A DNA stretch of 64,000 bases, from contig OX597829.1 in assembly GCA_951406725.2 (NCBI GenBank), positions 16,058,001 through 16,122,000 on the forward strand. The letters are read 5' to 3'. This stretch comes from Octopus vulgaris (lineage: Eukaryota). This document shows positions 1 through 13,328 of the stretch, in pieces (within the stretch, counting starts at the first letter, position 1; every line of letters starts with the position of its first letter). The notes below the pieces were generated by a model, which searched no databases, was not told where the DNA came from, and was given only the letters and a program-made list of their open reading frames with translations. A program made the position numbers and the translations under genes.

Positions 1-849
<849 letters not shown>

Positions 850-979
850 CTATACACTGAGAAAGTGAACGCACTTTACCGGTAAACTACCAGGTGTATA
901 CTCTATGATTTATTAACTAATAACATATATATAAGTAGAGCAAAATCCCAGTTGTGTCCTCAAGTCCTTCTGCTTATTG

Positions 980-1031
<52 letters not shown>

Positions 1032-1442
1032 ATTCAAAAATTAGAGTTCAAAATTAGAGTTCAAAATTAGAGTTCAAAATTTTGAAAACATTGATTGCAG
1101 AGTTTATTGTATAACAAAAAAAGGAAGTTTGGAAAAATGGTCTTGGCATTATTTATTCACCATTGTGTAATGTTTCATTTTGCTAAAAGGAATTACAGAA
1201 TTTTATGTGTTAGACAGACATGTAAAGAATTTTCCATTAGAAAGTCTTCAGATAGAGAATTAAATAACATTATTTAATTTAAATAGTATTATTTAATTCT
1301 CTGTTTGAAGAATTTTTTTACATGTTTATCTAACAAGTAAAACTCATTAATTTCTGTTAACAAAACATGTGTAAAGGTGGAGTAAATAATGCCAATAAAT
1401 TTCTCAGTTTCCTGTTTTGCTTAATATATAAATATATATATA

Positions 1443-1930
1443 CGAGTGTGATCATTGACAGAGCGGCTAACCGGCTTCAATGCCAGTGGCACGTAAAAGG
1501 CACCATTCGAGCGTGATCGTTACCAGTGTCGCCTTACTGGCACTCGAGCCCCATGCTAGTAGAGTATTAAGAGCACCATCCGAGCATGATCATTGCCAGA
1601 GCGGATATCTGGCCTCTGTGCCAATGACACGTAAAAGACACCATTCGAATATGGTCATTACCAGCATCGCCTTATTGGCACCTCTGCCGGTGGCATGTGT
1701 AAAAGATTCGAGCAAAGCTGCTGCCAGTACCGCCTTACTGACCCCGTGCCAGTGGCACGTAAAAAGCACCCACTACACTCTGGGAGTGGTTGGCATTAGG
1801 AAGGGCATCCAGCTGTAGAAACTCTGCCAGATCAAGATTGGAGCCTGGTGCAGCCATCTGGTTCGCCAGCCCTCAGTCATTCATCCAACCCATGCTAGCA
1901 TGGAAAGTGGATGTTAAACGATGATGATGA
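1443..1930 (+). mobile_element. SINE-like repeat family C (internal GGCACGTAAAAAGCACC tandem units, RTE-like AGGAAGGGCATCCAGC block, (GAT)n tail)
   Basis: Same blocks recur at about 15200-15684, 17800-17970, 25300-25490 and 27588-27935 (+) and 13780-14400 (-). All end in GTTAAACGATGATGATG-like tails. Confidence 0.8.
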
Positions 1931-3026
1931 TATATTATACAATACAAATAAAGTAATATTTTTTTTTATGTAGAATTTCCATTAGAACAGTAGAAATACT
2001 AGGTAAATTACCCACACAAAGCAGAAAAATTTGTCAACAAACGGCCATGGGATGTGGGTCCATACCCCATGGCTGGTCGTTGAGAATTTTTTCAACTTTG
2101 TATGGATAACTTACCCAGTGTTTCCTCTGTACTAACAGCAATTCTGCATTTGAAAAACATAATTTTATTTGTATCATATAATACACATTTCAACACTTAA
2201 AAAAACAAATGTTAGTTTGTTCATATTTATATATATATATATATATGAAGTATTATTGACAGAAGTAGTATTAGTACCAATGAGCAATTTTTATATCCAA
2301 CTAAACATGAACGTATTATAAGAATGCCACAACCACAGATGCGGACTGGTGTTGGTAAAATTTGAGGTGAACTGCTGACCACACATTCATGTATGTATGG
2401 GTGTCTAGAGGTCGACTTTGCCTTTCATCCTTTCGGGGTCGATAAATAAAGTACCAGTTACGCACTGGGGTCGATTTAATCGATTTAACCCCTTTGTCTG
2501 TCTTTGTTTGTCCCCTCTATGTTTAGCCCCTTGTGGGCAATAAAGAAATATATATGCATGTATGCTTTAATTACTCTTTTTCATTCTATCTTTTATGCCA
2601 CAATTAATTTTTTTAAAAATTATAACGAGATAGTCGTGTCAATCAACTCATTTGACCAATCTGTGTGAAATACATGAATTTATTTTCCACTGGATGAAGA
2701 TAAAATTCCTGCAAGAGACAGATATAGTTGATTAGCTCAAACATCCATTCTCAATCAATATTCTGCCATTTCCTATTTTGCTATCTGCCATCATTTATTC
2801 CAAATTGAGGGGAAAAAAAAAAGAAAATGTTGAAGTCAAACCCTAATGAGGTCGAAATTAAAATATGCAAAACTGGAAGCATGACAAAACATTGAATTAG
2901 TCTCAACGTGTGTGTGTGTGATTGGATGTGCATCATGCCATAGAAAGCTGTTTTGAAGGTTTCATTCTAATATAAACATGAAAATGTATATGTAGAGATA
3001 TATGTCTATCAATCTATCTTTCTATT

Positions 3027-3498
<472 letters not shown>

Positions 3499-4068
3499 AC
3501 GTATACTCTGTATTTGTACAAGTGTCACTTGTTTTAAATGTGCATGTGTTTACACACTCACACACAGACATAGATACATGTAAATATACATAGATGCATA
3601 CGTATGCATATATGTGAGCGTGGGTGTTTGTGTTTGTGTGCGCAGGTGCGTGTTTGTATGTATGTATGTATATATCAAATATTGAATATATCTGGCTAAT
3701 AACGTAATTATTATATAGAAACTACTCTCAATTTCGATACAATGTCACACGTATTTTGGAAATGACATACGCTGGTGTGTAATCGATATCAACAGCTGAA
3801 CATTTGGGACATTATTGGAAAGGAAAAAGTAGAAACGATTTAGGTAAGGTTTGAACTCACGACGTCATTAAAAAAGAAGACTTAATTAAATAAAAAAAGC
3901 TTATTTTGTTCGGTTGTTTATTGCTATAAAATGGAGGAATTGTTGACAGCTTCCTTTTAAGTGTCTGTGTTTATCACTGTTTAGCGTTCCTCCCTCGCTT
4001 ATGCGTATCTGTACGTCCACACAAACATAGATTCGCACCACTGGGATAAGCACGCGTACACACAAGCA

Positions 4069-4778
4069 GAGGGAGATGAGGGAGGGAGAGAGAAAAGGAT
4101 ACAGAGAGAGAGAGAAAGAGAAAGAGAAAGATAAAGAGAGAGAAAGAAAGAGAGAGAGAGAGAAAGAAAGAAAGAGAAAGAGAAAGAGAGAGAGAGAGAG
4201 AGAAAGAAAGAAAGAGAGAGAAAGATAGAGATAGAAAAACAGAGAGATAGAAAGAAAGAGAGAGAGAAAGATAGAAAGAGAAAGAGAAAGAAAGAAAGAG
4301 AAAGAGAAAGAAAGAAAGAAAGAGAAAGAGAAAGAAAGAAAGAGAGAAGAGAAAGAGAGAGAGGATAGAGAGAGGGAAGGATAGAGAGAGAGAAGGATAG
4401 AGAGAGATGGAGAGAGAAAGAGAGAAAGAGAAAGAGAAAAGGATAGAGAGAAAGAGAAAGATAGAGAGAGAGAAAGAAAGAAAGAGAAAGAGAAAGAAAG
4501 AAAGAGAAAGAGAAAGAAAGAAAGAGATAGAGAGAGAGAGAGAAAGAAAGAGAGAGAAAGATAGAAAGAGAAAGATAGGGAGAAAAGGATAGAGAGAGAG
4601 AAAGAGAAAGATAGAGAGAGAGAGAAAGAAAGAAAGAGAAAGCTAGAGCGAGAGAGATAGAAAGAGAGATAAAGAGAGAGAAGGATAGAGAGAGATAGAG
4701 AGAGAAAGAGAGAAATAAAATGATAAAGAGAGAGAGAGACAGAAAGAAAGAGAAAGAGAGAGAGAGTGAGAGAGAGGA
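4069..4778. repeat. About 700-bp polypurine (GA/GAAA-rich) tract
   Basis: Almost only A and G on the + strand. Confidence 0.95.
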
Positions 4779-5039
4779 ATCATTAACTGTTCCATAAAAT
4801 GGCAGATTTATGAAGAGGTACACACACACACACACACAATAAATATAAACATAAATGTTTAACACACATGTTCACGCAGGAATGTGTTCGTTTGTAACAT
4901 AAACAAAATGATAAATACTCTTTTACAAGAATACACACTTATATACACACACATTTACATACATACATACATATACACACAAACACCTACACGTGAACAA
5001 GTGTACTGATACTCACACACACATACACTAGGAAGTATA

Positions 5040-5400
5040 CACACACACACATTCATACACATACTCAAACGTATACACATCTACACTACCACATACACAC
5101 GCGTACGTACACACAAACACACAAACACATACATTCATACACATACTCAAACGTATACACATCTACATAACCACATACACACGTGTACGTACACACACAC
5201 GCACATATATACACATACTCAAACGTATACACTCCATCTACACTACCACATACACATGCGTACGTACACATAAAACACACACACACACACACATTCATAC
5301 ACATACTCAAACGTATACACATCTACACTACCAAATACACACACGTACGTACACACAAACACACACGCACACAAACACACACACGCACACACACACACAC
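5040..5400. repeat. Minisatellite, about 4 copies of a roughly 80-bp CA-rich unit
   Basis: ACACATACTCAAACGTATACAC core repeated four times, near 5057, 5138, 5211 and 5298. Confidence 0.85.
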
Positions 5401-6525
5401 AGTATATTGCGGTTATTGTGAACTCATTGAATCGACTGAAAGCTTTGCTGGAAGGAGTTGTGCAGTTGTCTCCCTTAACACCATTCACCAACATCAAATC
5501 ACTCAAGGTAATTTCTTGATATTTCTCTCTCTCTCTTAACACACACTAACAGCTATATTTTATTAATTGATTTTTTTCTAGACGCACCTGTTTATTAAAA
5601 CACCATTGCTTGATCTGCAAGCCACACAATACACCCCTCCTACTCGCTAGAAATAGCGGCAAAAATATCGTCTTGAAAAATAGGAGACTCTTTTTAGTAA
5701 TAATATATTCTGTGCGTGATGTTGAATATACGCGAAATACGTGTTGGTCCTGATTGGAGCGTATTCAATCATAGTTTTTATCCTGTGTACTTTGACATGA
5801 GACTAAGCAACAAGTCATGATAACCTCTTTCCTGATGCACACACAGACACATATTGGGCTTGCTATGTTTTTACTAGAACTCTCTTATATTCTTACAACA
5901 TACCATTAATATATAGTTATTTTGTGTCAGGTTACTATGTCGAACTTTCTTTTCTTCCTCACCGTTATCGTTTAACAAATATTTTTAGTGATGTATTCGT
6001 TAAGGAAAGCATTGGTCGTCGCCTAATATATATATATAATAACGTTTATCTTAATCCACAAATTACATGTACCTGTTTCTTTGTTTTGATTTTGAAATAT
6101 ACACGCGCATTATTATTATACATGCATACGTTACATATAAACATATACGTAACGTATATATATTTTTATATATACGTTATACAGGGCAATGGTAAAGAAT
6201 GCGCACACCCGGTGTTTAGGGTTAGGGTTTAAGGTAAAAGATATATTTATGTATGCGTGTTGTATATTTTTTTTGTTTATGCTATAATTCTCTTCGGACG
6301 TTTTTGCTCTCTCTCTCTCTCTCTCTCGTGTGTTTCTCACCCTCTCTGTCTCTCTCTCTCTGTCGCCAAGGTAGTTTCTTACCACACAAAGTGATAACTG
6401 GGTATTTGTTAATGAACTTGGAAAGACTTCACAACTTACACAAATAATTTCACCATATATTAAAATGGCGAAGTAATGGCGAAAACCGAAACTATGCCAA
6501 CCGAAACTATGCCATTAAAATATTT

Positions 6526-6945
6526 GGATCTTTTCGGTTTGACCGGCAGTTTTTTAAAAATAATTTCCACGTAACTAAACACTTTTAAACTTCGTATACT
6601 GGTAGAATGTGTTTATAAAACATCTTTTCCTCTTGGCTTTATTGAGAAAATTCTATAGTTTGTAAGATATTTGTTGTTGTTTTTCTGCAGTTTCAACCAA
6701 TCAATGATGTCTATTGAGGTGAAAACATTCTGTGCCGTATGAATATGTCCCTCGTTTAAGAAACAGATTGGATTTATTTACATTTCTGAAGAAAAAAAGA
6801 TACTCTTCCCCCCACCCCTAACCCTAACAACCCTCTAACCCTAAAACAGATTGAAATGCAATAGATTGATACTAGGGTCATAATTATGGGCGACAATTTC
6901 ATATGACACCGCTAGAAAAAACTACCATTCAAACCGAAAAGATCC
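6526..6945. mobile_element. MITE / non-autonomous DNA transposon with about 30-bp terminal inverted repeats
   Basis: GGATCTTTTCGGTTTGA... at 6526 and ...TCAAACCGAAAAGATCC ending at 6945. Internal CCCTAA-like units. No clean TSD. Confidence 0.8.
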
Positions 6946-7606
6946 TAATGTTTTTCGACCACATGGTTTTGGGTTCAGTCCCACTGCGTGGGACCTTGGG
7001 CAACTGTCTTCTACCATAGCCCCGGGCCGACCAAAGCCTTGTGAGTGGATTTGGTAGACGGAAACTGAAAGAACCTCGTCGTATATATGTATACATGTAT
7101 GTGTATGTATATGTTTGTGTGTCTGTGTTTGTCCCCCCCAACATTGCTTGACAACCGATGCTGGTGTGTTTACGACCCCGTAACTTAGTGGTTCGGCAAA
7201 AGAGACCGTGAGAATAAGTACTAGGCTTCCAAAGAATAAGTCCTGGGGTCGATTTGCTCGACTAAAGGTGGTGCTCCAACATGGCCACAGTCAAATGACT
7301 GAAACAAGTAAAGAGAGTAAAAAATACAGCTGGGGTCAATCAAGGAACCCTGCAAATCTAAGATTATCCTGATCACCAAAGCACAAGGCCTTGCTCAACT
7401 GTTGCTCTCCAATTTGCTGGTGGTTGCTTAGGGTAGGACCATCCACTCTAACCATTTTTGCCACAGTCATCCATCTGTTCTCAACTTTTGGCTTAGTTTT
7501 AGAAAAGGATGTAGCAGAATATTTTCCATTTTTTAAATTTTTTTATGATGGGTTGGTACTGTGAGAATTAAAACTGCAAGATAATAATGAACTCAGGTGC
7601 ACTACA

Positions 7607-7820
7607 TATTTCTTTACTACAAGGGGCTAAACACAGAGGGGACAAACAGATTAAGTCGATTATATTGACGCCAGTGTGTAACTGGTACTTATTTAATTGA
7701 CCCCGAAAGGATGAAAAGCAAAGTCGACCTTGGCGGAATTTGAACTCAGAACGTAGCAGCAGACAAAATACTGCTAAGCATTTCGCCCAATGTGCTAACA
7801 ATCCTGCCAGCTCACCGCCC
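7607..7820 (-). mobile_element. tRNA-derived SINE family A (GGCGGTGAGCTGGCAG head, GCCTTTCATCCTTTCGGGGTCGAT core resembling the Meta/MESC SINE domain)
   Basis: Near-identical copies at about 8131-8492 (+, tandem), 9634-9940 (-), 10795-10930 (+), 13892-14288 (-), 17050-17275 (-), 26353-26580 (+), 54745-54980 (-), 59990-60207 (-) and 61980-62211 (-). Confidence 0.88.
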
Positions 7821-8857
7821 TCAGGTGCACTACTACTCATCAGAAAAAGTAACCAAAACTGCACAAACATTGCCTAAAATATGTACAAGAAGTGAACTGT
7901 GAATAAGTCACTAAAAAAAAAAAGGAAGAAGTAGCAGGGGTGGGGGCATCAGGTGTAGTGTTGATGAATTTCAAGAAGAATGGAAGTTTTGAAGGATGTA
8001 TTGTCTTAACAGCTAACAACTGATGCAGGTAGTTTATTCCATACTTCAGCAATTCTGAGCATGAAAGAATGTTTTCAAAAGCATGTCCATTAGTGTTAGA
8101 CATATGGAATTCAAAAAGGTGTCCAAAATTGTTGCCGTTACGTTCTGAGTTCAAATTCCACCGAGCTTGACTTTACCTTTCATCCTTTCGGGGTTGATTA
8201 AATAAGTACCAGTTACGCACTGGGGTCGATATAATTGACTTAATCCGTTTGTCTGTCCTTGTTTGTCCTCTCTGTGTTTAGCCCGTTGTGGGTAGTAAAG
8301 AAATAGGTATTTTGTCTGCCGTTAAGTTCTGAGTTCAAATTCCGCCGAGGCCGACTTTGCCTTTCATCCTTTCGGGGTCGATTAACTATGTACCAGTTAC
8401 ACACAGGGGTCGATATAATCGACTTAATCCGTTTGTCTGTCCTTTTTTGTTCTCTCTGTGTTTAGCCCCTTGTGGGTCGTAAAGAAATAGGTATTTATAT
8501 ACTGATTTTAAATCCTACCAAATTTGCCTTATATTGTATTTGTCTAGGATCACAAGTATGTACCGGTTATTTACTGGTGTTTATCTTATTGTCTGTGTCC
8601 TTTCCATTAAAATGTAGCATTTGCTCTATGTTAAAAATACTATCTCTGTACATGTAGTGCAGTGGACAAAATGCTTTGTATTTAACTTAAAAGTTAGGTC
8701 AATTTTCATTCCAGGTTCAAATCCTACTGAGGCCTATTTCTTTTTTTTTTTTTTTTTTTACCAGGGGCAGGTAGAGGATAAAAAATACCATTCATGTACT
8801 GGTACCTATTTAATAAGTTTGGGTTTCCTCCAACAAAAATTGATGTTTTTGTGACTT

Positions 8858-9148
8858 GGGCATATGGCATAGTGGTTAAAAGCAATGGCTGCTAACCCCA
8901 AGATTCCAAGTCCAATTCCAGGCAGTGACCTGAATAATCATAATAATAATAATAACAACAATAACAACAACAACATCGAAAAAATACTTTATGAATGAGA
9001 ACCCAGGTTTGAAATTTCCCCAAGACACCTGATGAAGGCTGGAGGGTATATCAGCTGAAATGTTGTGTTAACAACAAACAAGATGAGGACAAATATCCGT
9101 TGAATGTAAATAATGTACATAATTCCTCATCTCTTAAATATAGAACTA
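8858..9148 (+). mobile_element. tRNA-Ser(GCT)-like head + (AAT/AAC)n + degenerate minimal hammerhead: SINE/retrozyme-like element
   Basis: A box TGGCATAGTGG at 8865-8875, anticodon loop CT-GCT-AA, B-box-like GTCCAATTCC at 8910-8919, hammerhead motif at 9024-9069. Confidence 0.65.
9024..9069 (+). ncRNA. Minimal type-I hammerhead ribozyme motif (Penelope-type), slightly decayed
   Basis: Stem I GACAC/GTGTT; core CTGATGA 9029-9035 plus an extra A; stem II GGCTG/CAGCT; GAAA 9057-9060; TGTT (expected CGTT, consistent with CpG decay). Confidence 0.7.
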
Positions 9149-9982
9149 TACTACACCATGCCACAATAAACCACATGGTACTGCACCACAAACTACTAAA
9201 TAACACACCTGTTCTACTCACACATCTTTTGGTGTAGAGGCAGGTATGTATGTTGAATGAAATATTGGCATTTCTCCATGGCTAACAACTGCTTTTGTGT
9301 AAAGAGAGAGAGAGAGAGAGACTAGCCAGGCTCGAGTCAGTTCGTCTGACTTGTTCACTGTCTTTATTTCCATGTAGTATCCTTGGTTACAACCTCAAGT
9401 GGTTAGCTAAAAATACCCAGAAATATCATTAATAGTTGGGTATCATCAATACAGCTTACAATGACATGTAACAGACATCTTCAATAAGAGCTTCAAATGC
9501 TTATTTTTTTTAATAGAGACCAACTACTCAAAGTTGGAAGCTGTATAATGGTTACGCTCACTTTATTGTCTAGACTGCAAAGACAATAAATAAATTCACT
9601 AAAATATTTGGGTTTATTTTTTTTATTATTTAATTCTTTATTGCCCACAAGGGGCTAAACATAGAGGGGACAAAGAAGGACAGACAAACGGATTAAGTCG
9701 ATTACATCGACCCCAGTGCGTAACTGGTACTTATTTAATCGATCCCGGAAGGATGAAACGCAATGTTGACCTCGGAGGAATTTGAACTCAGAACATAGCA
9801 GCAGACAAAATACGTATTTCTTTACTATCCACAAGGGCCTAAACATAGAGGGGACAAACAAGAACAGACATAAGTATTAAGTCGATTACAACGTCCCCAG
9901 TGCGTAACTGGTACTTATTTAATCAACCCTGAAAGGATCAAATTTAGTAGTTATTTATTCACATAAGTAAAAATTAGTCATA

Positions 9983-10149
9983 CAGGAGTGGCTGTGTGGT
10001 AAGTAGCTTGCTAACCAACCACATGGTTCCGGGTTCAGTCCCACTGCGTGGCATCTTGGGCAAGTGTCTTCTACTATAGCCTCGGGCCGACCAATGCCTT
10101 GTGAGTGGATTTGGTAGACGGAAACTGAAAGAAGCCTGTCGTATATATG

Positions 10150-10186
<37 letters not shown>

Positions 10187-10380
10187 TTGTCCCCCTAGCA
10201 TTGCTTGACAACTGATGCTGGTGTGTTTATGCCCCCGTCACTTAGCTGTTCGGCAAAAGAGACCGATAGAATAAGTACTGGGCTTACAAAGAATAAATCC
10301 CGGGGTCGATTTGCTCGACTAAAGGCGGTGCTCCAGCATGGCCGCAGTCAAATGACTGAAACAAGTAAAAGAGTAAAGAG
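9983..10380 (+). mobile_element. tRNA-derived SINE family B (CAGGAGTGGCTGTGTGGTAAG head, CTTGGGCAAGT core, internal (TA)/(TG) run, GTAAAAGAG tail), near full length
   Basis: Copies at about 6957-7320 (+), 11650-12025 (-), 16088-16692 (-), 29455-29833 (-), 44890-45307 (-) and 61502-61930 (-). Confidence 0.88.
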
Positions 10381-11049
10381 TATTACCTTGCAGTTTTGAG
10401 ATTTCAATGATGTAATTGTTTAATTTCTGAATAATATTGTAGTGTAAGTGTTAGAAGCCGGATCTGGTCAGTTTGAAGATAAAACAGGTAGATTATTTTG
10501 GCCGGATGGGGCTGGCTTAAATTCTAAAGGATTAAATTGACTAAGCTTTTTCTTCAATTTCTCATGGGAAAAATAGTTTCCGTTTATAAATAATTCATGT
10601 GACAAAACAGCCTTCAGCAATGAATTAAATTTTAAACAGAGATTCTACTGTATTTCTTTTCGTGTTTTTGTATGGTGGGTGTGATGTGAAGGAGTTCAGG
10701 CTGCTATCTTTAGCATGTCTAAGGCTAAAAAAATGTCTCGTTGGCTCAAGTCTGATGACTGAAGCAAGTAAAAGATAAATGATATAACATTAAGTTACGT
10801 TCTGAGTTCAAATTCCGCCGAGGTTGACTTTGCCTTTCATCCTTTCGGGGTCAAGTAAATAAGTACCAGTTACGTACTGGGGTCGATGTAATCGACTTAA
10901 TCCATTTGTCTGTCCTTCTTTGGCCCCCTAAAAAGAATTAAATAATAAAAAAAAAAATAAACCCAAATATTTTAGTGAATTTATTTATTGAATTAATACA
11001 CAGTATTAATGGGTAACTTACTGCAATATTTGTTTTGAGATCTTTATAA

Positions 11050-11364
11050 ATATATTTCGTTTTTGGATTTGGTTTGCAAGATTCTTTATATGAGTTCATG
11101 TGTTGAAGCATATTCTGTTGTGTCTGGGGAGAGTCATTTTCTTTTTGTGCCTTATAATGGAACACACTCACCAGTAAAATTTCCACTTATTCCTTATTTT
11201 TATTTTCCTAAAACTCTCTAGAGTCAAGACTATTGAAAAGGTTGCAAGATGCAACGAAAATTTCAGGAAAATAAAAATGAGAAAAAAGTGGAAATTTTAC
11301 CTGTGAGTGTGTTACATTATAAGGCACAAAAATAAAATGACTCTCTCCAGACACAACAGAATAT
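11050..11364. mobile_element. Fold-back (inverted-repeat) element, probably Penelope-derived, with a hammerhead-like motif in the spacer
   Basis: Arms of about 100 bp at 11110-11209 and 11265-11364. The spacer contains TTGAAAA-G-GTTGC-AAGAT-GCAAC-GAAA-ATTT, followed by AATAAA. Confidence 0.65.
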
Positions 11365-12384
11365 AAATATAGTTTTCTTTTTCTTTTCCTGTCAGATGTT
11401 ATTTGCTCATTCCTTTTTAAGTCTATTTCTTTTCTATGCTGGTGTGAGTTAGGTGAATGCATTATTGAGTGATTGTTTTGTGTCCAGGTGCCTTTCCTGT
11501 CTTTAAACCTTATTTGTTTTTAAAGTAAAGTGTCTTTTATTCCACATGTCTTAGAAGACATGTTTCCACCCAAAGTAATTTGAGAACGGAGAAAATAACA
11601 ATAATGTCACTACAGCAATTCAGTATTTTCAATGAAGTACAAATACTCCTTTACTTGTTTCAGTCATGTGACTGTGGCCATGCTGGAGCACTGCCTTTAG
11701 TCGAGCAAATCGACCCCAGGACTTAGTCTTTGTAAGCCTAGTACTTATTTTATCGGTATCTTTGCTGAACTGCTAAGTTACGGGGACGTAAGCACACCAG
11801 CATCGGTTGTCAAGCAGTATTGTGGGGGACAAACATATACACACGCATACATATATACATACATATATATGACAGGCTTCTTTCAGTTTCCGTCTACCAA
11901 ATCCACTCACAAGGCTTTGCTCGGCCCGAGGCTATAGTTGAAGACACTTGTCCAAGGTGCCACGCAGTGGTACTGAACCTGGAACCATGTGGTTCGTAAG
12001 CAAGCTACTTACCACACAGCCACTTCTACGGCTATGAATGTAAACAAACATATATATATATATACACATGTACATATCACACACACACATAGATACTATG
12101 GGCTTCCTTCAGTTTCCATCCACCAAATTCGCTCACAAGGCTTTGGTCAGCCTGAGGCTATAGCAGAAGACATTTGTCCAAGGTGCTGTGCAGTGGGATT
12201 GAACCTGAAACCACATGGTTGGGAAATGAATTTCTTAACTGCATAATATACTCTCTTGCAAAAGACAGGTGATTGAAAAGAATGTATGAGGCAAAGAGGG
12301 TCTTTCTGTGCTGGCTCAACTGAGTGACCACCCATTAATCTTTTAATCCTTTAATTTTTCATCTATTAATCTTTTAATTCCTTT

Positions 12385-12950
12385 GACAGACACCCATAAA
12401 ATTATTAACCATCTTACAAACAATAACTCTGAGCACCTTTTCAAACTCCACCTGTCTAACACCCGTGGGACATGTTTACAAAGTCAGAAAACAGCACAGC
12501 TCCCATGACTTTCGGAAACATTTTTTCATGCTAAGAGTTGCTGAAGCATGGAACAAACTGCTGGCATCAGTTGTTAGTTGTCGGAGCACTGCATCCTTCA
12601 AAACTTCCATGCTTCCTGAGATTCGCCAACACTACACCTGATTTTCTCCCCTCCATACACACACAAGCATGTATCTGACTCATACACTGTTCACTTTCCA
12701 GACATTTGTACATTACTCTTTTACTCTTTTACTTGTTTCAGTCATTTGACTGCGGCCATGCTGGAGCACCACTATAGTAGAAGACACTTGCCCAAGGTGC
12801 CACGCAGTGGGACTGAACCCGGAACCATGTGGTTGGTAAACAAGCTACTTACCACACAGCCACTCCTGCATATGCTTTATATGTACTTTTTGACAAGTTG
12901 TGGTGCACCTGAGCACTGTATACAATAATTTCATTATCATTATTATTATT
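12385..12950 (+). mobile_element. CR1-clade LINE 3' fragment interrupted by an internally deleted family-B SINE (about 12718-12869)
   Basis: Near-identical to 60910-61310. Encodes ...RKHFFMLRVAEAWNKLL... and ends in an (ATT)n tail. Confidence 0.88.
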
Positions 12951-13016
12951 GCTATAGTTTCAGGTACTTTTTATTTATTTATTTTTCTCCTTTTCGTTTC
13001 ATTTTAAGGTCAAACC

Positions 13017-13204
13017 ATGGAAACTGCCCAGATCTATTATTTTTTCATGGACAACTCAACAGATAGAATCATATTCAGTTTTGTGGGCATTCTCCTCAGC
13101 ATCTATGCGCTTTATGTAGAAATCCGGAAAGAAGCAGATCCAACTTTCAAAGCTGTTTGTGATTTGGGTAACAATGTTAGCTGTTCAAAAGTTTTGACAT
13201 CAAA
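13017..13204 (+). CDS. VKORC1: Vitamin K epoxide reductase, coding exon 1
   Basis: METAQIYYFFMDNSTDRIIFSFVGILLSIYALYVEIRKEADPTFKAVCDLGNNVSCSKVLTS(K). Contains the YALYVE motif and both loop cysteines. Acceptor TTTTAAG ends at 13008, ACCATGG start context, donor GTAAGT at 13205 (phase 2). Confidence 0.95.
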
Positions 13205-13328
13205 GTAAGTAACTGATTTATTGCTTATTTACTTTTCACACATTTCAGTCAGCAGACTGCGGCCATACTGGGGCACCACCACAAAGGACTTTTAGTGGAA
13301 TGAATCAACCTCAGTACTTATTTTCTTT

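Noticed and set aside
6213-6845. Interstitial telomere
   Set aside because: Only 2-3 TTAGGG/CCCTAA units, lying inside or next to MITE-like elements.
8858-8930. Functional tRNA-Ser gene
   Set aside because: No long variable arm, degenerate B box and poor acceptor stem. It is a SINE-type head.
13004-13012. ERR response element TTAAGGTCA at the VKOR acceptor (another at about 28310)
   Set aside because: An 8-position motif is expected about twice by chance in 64 kb on two strands, and this one overlaps obligatory splice bases.
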